DNA of 64,000 nucleotides from assembly GCA_002104945.1 (NCBI GenBank), contig MCFH01000042.1, positions 372,001 through 436,000 of the forward strand. The letters run 5' to 3'. How positions within the stretch are numbered: position 1 is the stretch's first letter; the number at the start of each line of letters is the position of its first letter. The stretch is from Piromyces finnis finn. Lineage: Eukaryota > Fungi > Neocallimastigomycota. The position numbers were made by a program, and so were the translations under genes. The notes beneath the pieces were generated by a model. It had not been told where the DNA came from, ran no database searches, and saw only the letters and a program-made list of their open reading frames with translations. Shown here one piece after another: positions 55,599-64,000 of this stretch.

Positions 55599-56788
55599 TT
55601 AATTTTGTTTTGGTATAGCTGGATATTCCTTTCCTTCATAAATTATTTTACCATTTGAATAAAGGTTATCTAATATTTGTTCAAGATTTGAATTTATTCC
55701 TCTACAGCCTACAATATAAATGTAATAGAAAAAAAAAAATAATAATAATGATAATAATAATTTAATAATAATTTTATTATTGTTATCAAATACTTTTTAT
55801 TTCTACAATATACCATTTGTAACTTTTTGTGCCCATGAGAAATATTGTTGTGCTCTTTCAATAGACCTATTTAAAAATCATTTAATAATTATTTAAAAAT
55901 GATTATAAAATAAATAATATTCATTTTACCAGCCAATAGGAACTGATTTTTGAAGGTCTCTTAAATTATAAATTTTATCTGCCATTTTAACAGCTTTTCC
56001 TCTGTCAGATTTGTGTGGAGCAGTTACAACTTGTAATCTAAATATGATATAAAAATGAAAATTTTAATAAAATAAAATTTCAAATTGGAATTTAATAAAA
56101 TTGTTTTTTGTTTAAATATATATATATATATAATAATAATACCTTTTTCTTTCAGCAGATGGTAAAGACTTATCATCTGTAACTTCTTTAACAACATCAG
56201 TAACTTCAGAACCAAAATTTGCTGTTATCTAATTATTGATATTTATATTTAAATAAATTTAGAATACTAATAATATTTTCATAAAAAAATTAATTACTTT
56301 TTAACATACTTCGTCAAAAGAAGTATCAGTATCTTCAACTTTAAAAAAAAAGAAAAAAATTTTATACATGTTTATTAGTCATTAGGCATTGTCTTAATTA
56401 TATCTAAATGTAAATATAAATAAAAAATATTTACCAGTATCATGAAGAATTGCTGCTTGAATGGTTACTAAATCTTTTACTCCTCCTTCAAAAAATAATA
56501 TATTAGCAACACCAATTGGATGATTTACTATAAAAATTATTATTTAAATTTTAAATTAAATATAAATTAACATTTTTATTATTATACTTCAAATTTAAAT
56601 ATATTATTTAAAGTATATTACACTTTTTTTTATATATTTAATTTTATTATTTTATACATACTATATGGAGTTCCAGCAGCATCTTTTCTTTTTTGAAAAC
56701 TGTGTTTTAAAGCAGCGAAATTCATTGCTTTTAAAATTCCTGACATTACAGTTACACTTGAATCAACACAATTAACTAAAGATGCCAT
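55599..56788 (-). CDS. HDDC3: HD-domain (p)ppGpp hydrolase / NADPH phosphatase MESH1, 6-7 exons
   Basis: [43 protein letters not shown] (HDxxED), [53 protein letters not shown]. Confidence 0.93.
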
Positions 56789-56925
56789 TTTCAAATTTTC
56801 GAATTAATAATACCAATAATACCAAAAGTAATTATATAAAATAAAAAAATATTATTTTTATTTTATCTTGTTTTTAAAAATAAAAATAATCAAAAAAATT
56901 AATTTTTATATTTATTAAAAATATA

Positions 56926-56931
56926 CACGTG
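56926..56931. promoter_or_regulatory. CACGTG E-box upstream of HDDC3/MESH1
   Basis: ATACACGTG lies 138 bp upstream of the ATG, with the same 9-mer context as at 52501-52509. Confidence 0.35.
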
Positions 56932-57374
56932 ATTTATTAATTAAATTAAAAAATGTTAAAAAGTTTATAATGAAAGCTTAAATAGGATAAGTTACATTAA
57001 ATTAATAATCCTGAACGATTACAAGCTTATTGAAATAATGCTTTGTTTTTGTTTTTTTTTTTAATATTTATAATTTTATAAGAGTGGTATTACTATTTAT
57101 TATTTTATTTTTCGAAATGAAATAATTAAAATATCAAAACTTTATATATTTACTGAAATATTTATATCACTAATATAGTAAAATTTAGTTCTAACATTTA
57201 TATATATATTTTTAGTTTTCATTCATCATAATAATATTTAGTATTATGATATTAAATACCGAAATTAATAGTAATTATTAAAAAAATGTAATGAATGTTA
57301 ATTTAATATGAAATAATTATAATAATTATTATTGAAATTAATGGTAAAATGTGATAGAATTTATAACTAAAGGG

Positions 57375-57414
<40 letters not shown>

Positions 57415-57583
57415 TAAACATATTTTTTGATAAAAGATTATTTCATTTGTACAGTTTTATCTATAAATGAAATAAATATATAAAAACTTAAAACTAATAT
57501 AATTCTATTGGTATATTACTTATTAAATAGATTTTTTTTTTTTTTTTTTTTTTTTTAAAATTACTGAAAATAAAAAATTAATA

Positions 57584-60500
57584 TTAGAATTTTGGAGAAT
57601 TAGCAATAGATCTATTGGTATCATCTAAAGAATTAAAGTTTTTATATACAAAATTATCAAAATCGAGATTATTACTATTATTAAAGTTTATATCCGTTAA
57701 AATTGGGTCACAATAATAATTTAGTGTTGAATTTTCACGTTTTAATTCTGTATTATTTTGTTGATTTATGGTTTCATCAATATTTTCAAAAGTTCCACTT
57801 TTATTACTTCCGTTTAATTCACCTCTCGCTATTTTAGATTTTTTGATAAATTAGAAAATAAATGAAAATATAATATACTATATATATTTTATTTTTTAAA
57901 AACTTTATTATTAATAATAATTACCGATGAAGTAAGACGTATCTAAACAATCATTTGGTGATGGGATAAATGGTGCTGGAAGATTACGAATATTGTTCCA
58001 GTCTAGTTCTTTGTAAAATTCATGTTCTCTTATTTCTTTTATATTCCCATATATAATTTCATAATAAATATAACATATACAATATATTAATAATTTTTAT
58101 TGTATAATTTTTCTATTCATAATTTTAATACAAATTTTAATATACCTGGTTCCTTAAATCTTAATTTCGGATTTGGATCCAGTAGATGCTTAATCAAATC
58201 TTTTGCATTTTCAGATACTTCTTGATCTTCTTCATCTTCTTCTGGCCATTGTATTTCTATTTATTTTTTATTAAAAAATATTTAATTTATTTTTGTTATA
58301 TTTAAGATATAATATCTTTTTAAGTATTATCTATAGTTACTTTGATCAAGTATATTTTTAAATATAAAGCTTGGAGATTCATCTGTAAATGGAGGATATC
58401 CATATAAAAATTCAAATAAACACACACCTAAGGACCACCAGTCACCTTCACAACCTATTTCAAGAAATTTAAATATTTATTAAATATAAAATAATCATAA
58501 TATTTGAATAATATTTCAATATTGTTTTTTTTTTTTATTACCATTTCCAAAACCTAATAATAACTATAGATAAATAAAAATATAAAATGATTAAAATTAA
58601 TAAATTAATAAATACGTATATGTCATTTATTTAACTTTATTGCATACCTCTGGGGCTAGATAATCCGGTGTACCTAAAAGGTCTCTATTATTACTTGTCT
58701 TACTTTTTTCATCTGATGATTTATTGCGGATGCCATTACCTCTATCATTCTTTTTTATTGCAATCCTTCTTCTTCGGGTTAATATTCTTTCTTCTTTATG
58801 GTTTTTTGATATTGATCCATATCCATCATTACTGTTAACAACAATTCTCGATAATCCAAAATCCTATATATATATTTTGTTTTTATTTTTAACATAAATG
58901 TTTAAATATTAAAAACTTAAAAATCATTTTATATAATTTTTATATACTGTACTTACGGTTAATTTTATATGTCCTTCTTTATTAATAAGTAAGTCTATGT
59001 TATAGATAATAATATTATGTTAATAATAATAATAAAAAAAATATTTTTAATTACAAATAACATTAGAATCTTTACTATCTGGTTTTAAATCACGATGAAT
59101 AATAGAGTTTTTATGTAAATACTCTAGAGCAATAGCAGTTTCAGCAATATATATTTTTGCCATATTTTCATCAAAATATCCAAAATTATTTAATAGTGAA
59201 CTTAAATCACCTATATTATTATATTTTGAAATTTAAAATAATTTTCAATAAAAAATTTATTATTAATATTACTATAAATTAAAATATATTTTACCTCCAA
59301 TTAAATATTCCATAACCTTTAAAAATCATTTTTATGAATAATATATATATAATTTACAATGGTTAGTAATTTTATAAGTTATATTGTTTATATAATTTAT
59401 ATTGGTTGTATCTATTATATTAACTATACATACCAAATATAAATATTCTTTACTATGAAAAGCATAATATAATTTAACAACAAAAGGATTTCTGGATAAT
59501 TCCAATACCTTCTTTTCTGCTAACACTTGACTTACCATATTTTTTCTAATCATATCTGATTTTTTCATAACTTTAATGGCATATAAATCTTGGGTTGCAC
59601 GTTTTCTTGCCAAATAGACTTTACTGTAATTGAAAGAAATAATTTTTTAAAAAAAAATTCGTTATTAAATATTTAAATTTAATTTTATCCACATGAATTT
59701 TATATAAAAAGTAAGTATTTACCCATAAGCACCACGACTAATAGGTTTAATAATTTCAAAGTCTTTAATACTTGGAATTGTATTTTTACCTATGACCTAT
59801 TAATTAATTTTAAAAAGTTAATATTATTTATACATAACCAATAATATTTATCCATTTATTTCATTTATTATAACATTACTTGTTTTGTTCCGTTAATACT
59901 GCTAACTCTTTTATGATAATTTGCTCTTCGAATTAATTCACTAAATAATGAAAAGAATTTTTTTGGAGATTCGTCTAATTTAATTATACATTTTTATTAG
60001 TAACTATAGATAAATTATTAATTATACTACAGTTTAACATTATACCGTGTTGATACATTCCAGACATTCTATTCTTATCAATTGATGTTGTTGAATTAAG
60101 ACTCTTGTCACTTGTGCTTGTAATGTCTTGAAGCGATGTTTTATCTTTAAATAAAGTTGAAGATCTTTGATTATGAGTAATTTCTGAATTTTTATTTATC
60201 ATTCTTGTTTTGTTATAATTTAATTCTAAAGCTTTATAAGTTCTAACAGCTTGAAGCTCATTAATTAACTAATAAAAATATTTAGAAAAAAAAAACGTTT
60301 TAATAATTTCCTTTTTTTTCATAATGATATATATATTAAATTATTTTAATTTTTTACAATTGTTCTTAAAGAAACACCAATATTATATATATCTTTGTGA
60401 ATAACTGGTGGTTTATCTTCCAATATCTTCTTAAGTTTAAAAATATATTTTTCTAGTCTTTCAACTTGATCATCTTGATGACGTGATACTTTAACATCAA

Positions 60501-63500
60501 TTTCCATCATTCTTTTTTTTTTTTTTTTTTTTTTAATTAATAAATTTTATTTCAAAAAATTAATGAATAATAAAGGTTTTTGAAAAAAAAAAAAATAAAT
60601 TACCTCAGGAAGATGTAATCATATATTTCTAAAATCTTAATATGAAACATTAATTGTCTTTTATCCTAAAATAAAAAAAAATAAAAATATAAAAATAAAA
60701 AAATTTTAAGGTTTGATGATTAATTATATATATTATATTTATATAACTTTGGAATATACCATTATATTTTTCAATGCTTTATAATCTTTATGTAATTTTT
60801 TTAATTTTTGAGAATTATCATATAATCTCATTTCTTGTTCCTGAATTACAGCACAAACTTTTGAATGTTCACCCAAATTCTCTGCCAATATCATTTCTTC
60901 ACAAATTCTGCATAGTACGATATTAGTTTTAGGTTCGTTAATAGTATCGATAGATGAATTGACATTTTTTGATATTTCTTTTTCATTAGGAATATTAGAG
61001 GGAATAATTTTGTTTGAAATTTTTTCATTATCATTATTATCGTTCTTTAATTCATTATCATTTAATTCCTTGTTATTTTGATTATTATTTTTATCATTAA
61101 TTTGTTCATTCTCATTTATTTCATTACTATCTTCACTTTCATCTACTTCATGATTAGTTGAAAAACATTTACTTAAAGGACTATTTTGTTCAGTACTATA
61201 TGTTGAACTTTCTCTATGAGTTTTATTTACTGCTGTAACAATATTTGATTGCTTTGTGACTTCGTTTTGACTATTAAAACTAGAAATACTATTTGTTTTT
61301 ATAGATCCATTTTCTTGATCTATAATTTTACTAGTGTCTGTGTTACAAATAGTTGAACGAAAAGCGTTTTTCTTACTTATATTAACTAATTTATTAGAAT
61401 CTGATCTACATCTTCTATGCTTTAATTCAGTACTATCTACACTATCTACACTATTACTATCACTACTATCTATGGAAGAAATATTTTGAGAAGATGAAAA
61501 TGGACTAAATGCTGATTTCAATGATTTTATTATTCCTAAAAATCTCTATTTTTTTTATTTTATTTAATAATATATTATATATAACAATTATGAATTTAAT
61601 AATTATTATTAATATTAAAAAAAATTTTTCTCTACCTTATCCTTTTTATTATATACCGAATGACTTTTAATAATATTAATTTTTAATTATCATATATATA
61701 TATGCATATGTATTAAAAATATTAGTGTGTTATTTTTAATTTTAAAAAAACAATAAATTATAATCTATTAAAAATTAATAACTCGTTATATTACTTTGAA
61801 GCCGAATATTCTTCATTCATTAATTGTTTTTCTGATTTAATATGATTTTTATTTTCTGTTTTTTTCTTTTCTTTCTTAATTTTAAATACCTTTGCTTTAC
61901 TTGTTTTTTTGGATTTGTCATTTTCATGAGAGTGATCATTATTATCTTCATCATTTATACCATCAGGATCATTCAATAATTCTGAACAATTTTCTACTGA
62001 AGATTTATACTGACTTGTAAATTCTGCTTCCCCATCATCAATTAGATTAGTACTTTCTTCTTTCATATGATTAGGAATATATACTGCCTTTACTTCAATA
62101 TTATTACAATCGTCATTTTTTAATTTATCATCTTCAATAGTATCTTTCACTGTATTTTCGTCTACATCTTTATTTATTTTTTCTTTTTCTCTGATATTGT
62201 TATCGCTTTTACTACTTATTGTGTCATTTACATATGTATATATATTATTATTGGATTTTTCTTTTTCTTCTTCTAAATTATTTTCATTATTTAAGTTATT
62301 TATTTCATCTATTTCATTATTTTCTTGGTATGAATGATCATTAAAATAATCATTATTTTTAATGTCACATACAACATTTTCTTTAATATGTTGTAATTTT
62401 ATATCAAATGAAACGGATGATTTTTTCTTTGGCATCACATAATCATCACTATTTTTTATGCTTTCAAGTAATGATTTTTTTCTATAATTTTCATCTTTCA
62501 GATATTTGTTACTTTTTAGATTCTCATCAAATACCAAAATTTCGTTGGAATCTCCAATTTGATCGATATTTACAGTGTTATTATTATTATTTTTATAATT
62601 TTCAAAATCTTTGTTTATATTACTCTTAGAATTATCAACGGAACTATTGATGTTGGATGAACTGTCACTATAATCATTGAAATTAAACCCACTGGATAGT
62701 TTACTGGTTCTTTTGTATGAAATATTGGGTTTATTCATTTTAATTAATTCTAGTTCATCTGATTCCAATTTTTCAATACTACTAATATATTGATTATAAA
62801 ATTCTGAAATTCTAACGACTGGTGCATAAACATATAGCAATTTTGTAAGTATATCTTCTACTTCTGGATCTCCTACTACTAAAGATTTTTGTTCGTTAAT
62901 TAAGTCATTTAATTCTTTCATAAAATTAATAGCAACTGATGTTCCAATGTACTTTTCTGCAGGTGTTTTTAAAATATCGGCAATTACTTGTTCAATTTTT
63001 ATTAAAAGTTTGGTATGACAAGATGTGAAAATGGATGGTGGCCAACTTTTTGAATAAACTTGATTTATTTTTGGTCGTAGATAAAATTCGAAATTCTCAT
63101 TATTGTTAAAGTAATTACTTTTATTATTTTCGTATGTATTATTTGTGGTACTGGTATTATTTATTTTTGGCAGGCATGAACTCCTTTTATTACTATGATC
63201 TTTTTTAATGTTATTATAAATGGAATAATCAAGATTTTGTAAAGAGTTATGATCACCTATGTTAGAAGAAAACATTTTATTTTTCATTGTACTATTAGAA
63301 TATGCTAATACAAGACAATCCATACTACTACTTAATACTTTTTTATTATCTGGATTTCCACTACTCTTTAATTTCTCAAAATATGAACCTTTATTATTTC
63401 TTTTAATTTTATCTTTATAAATGTTTACATCTTTATTTCCAAATACTTTCCTCTGAGGTTCATTTAATTCTTGAATTCTTGTTGATAAACTACTTTTTGA

Positions 63501-63986
63501 TTTATTTAATGTTTTACTTTCTTTTATATTATCATTAACATTATTTAAAGCATTTAATGAATATTCTGATTGTGTTGGAGTTTTTATAGAACTACTTTCA
63601 TTATCTAATATTATAATTGGACATAATATTATTTTTGAATAAAAAAATTATATAATAAATAATACAATAATACATTTTTTATTATAAATAATTAATAAAA
63701 TGTTTTTTTTTTTTTTGGAAAATACCAAATAATAAAAAAATATAGATAGATAAATAAAATATATATTACCATTATCATTACCGTTAATTGAGGTTAATGA
63801 CTGATTAATATTATTAATTGAGCCAATATTATTAAATAAACTATAATTACTCTCATTAAAATTGATATTACGATCAATATTAATAGATCCATTTGAATAA
63901 TTAATAGATAATAATGATGATAAAGACGAAGAATGATTATTACAGTCATATTCTAATTTGTTGCCATTAAAGATGTCATTATCCAT
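57584..63986 (-). CDS. AGC Ser/Thr kinase, Rim15/Cek1/Greatwall(MAST)-like, many exons; the 5' end may extend beyond the window
   Basis: [13 protein letters not shown]|[50 protein letters not shown], long activation-segment insert, [23 protein letters not shown], hydrophobic motif FDNFVYKN. Upstream [14 protein letters not shown] motif and a long N-rich N-terminus. Confidence 0.92.
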
Positions 63987-64000
63987 ATTTCTTAATTCCT

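Overview
An extremely AT-rich, intron-rich eukaryotic locus. The low GC, homopolymer-laden intergenic DNA, short GT-AG introns and bacterial-type pectate lyase are most consistent with an anaerobic gut fungus (Neocallimastigomycota); this is inference from composition and gene content. I reconstructed 17 protein-coding genes by reading splice sites by eye. Multi-exon genes are given as start codon to stop codon. In order: a histidine phosphatase, an unknown ~7-TM membrane protein, a PL1 pectate lyase, a DHA2/EmrB-type MFS transporter, a 1,000+ aa coiled-coil protein, GPN1, RPB10, a USP36/42-like deubiquitinase, GPR89/GPHR, NSA2, NF-YC/HAP5, an NPEPL1-like M17 aminopeptidase, RAD3/XPD, a QNG1-like queuosine-salvage protein, PCC1, DNAJC17/Cwf23, HDDC3/MESH1 and a Rim15/Cek1/Greatwall-like AGC kinase. 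The most striking non-genic feature is a 1.18 kb non-autonomous retroposed element at 11512-12693 (minus strand). It has an exact 13-bp target-site duplication, a 46-nt poly(A) tail and two tandem ~123-bp hairpin-rich monomers at its 5' end. It sits inside a patch of intronless genes (7.6-14.9 kb), two of which are clearly bacterial-type. I found no tRNA, rRNA or CRISPR array. Most short ORFs in the supplied track are microsatellite, intron or antisense artefacts.
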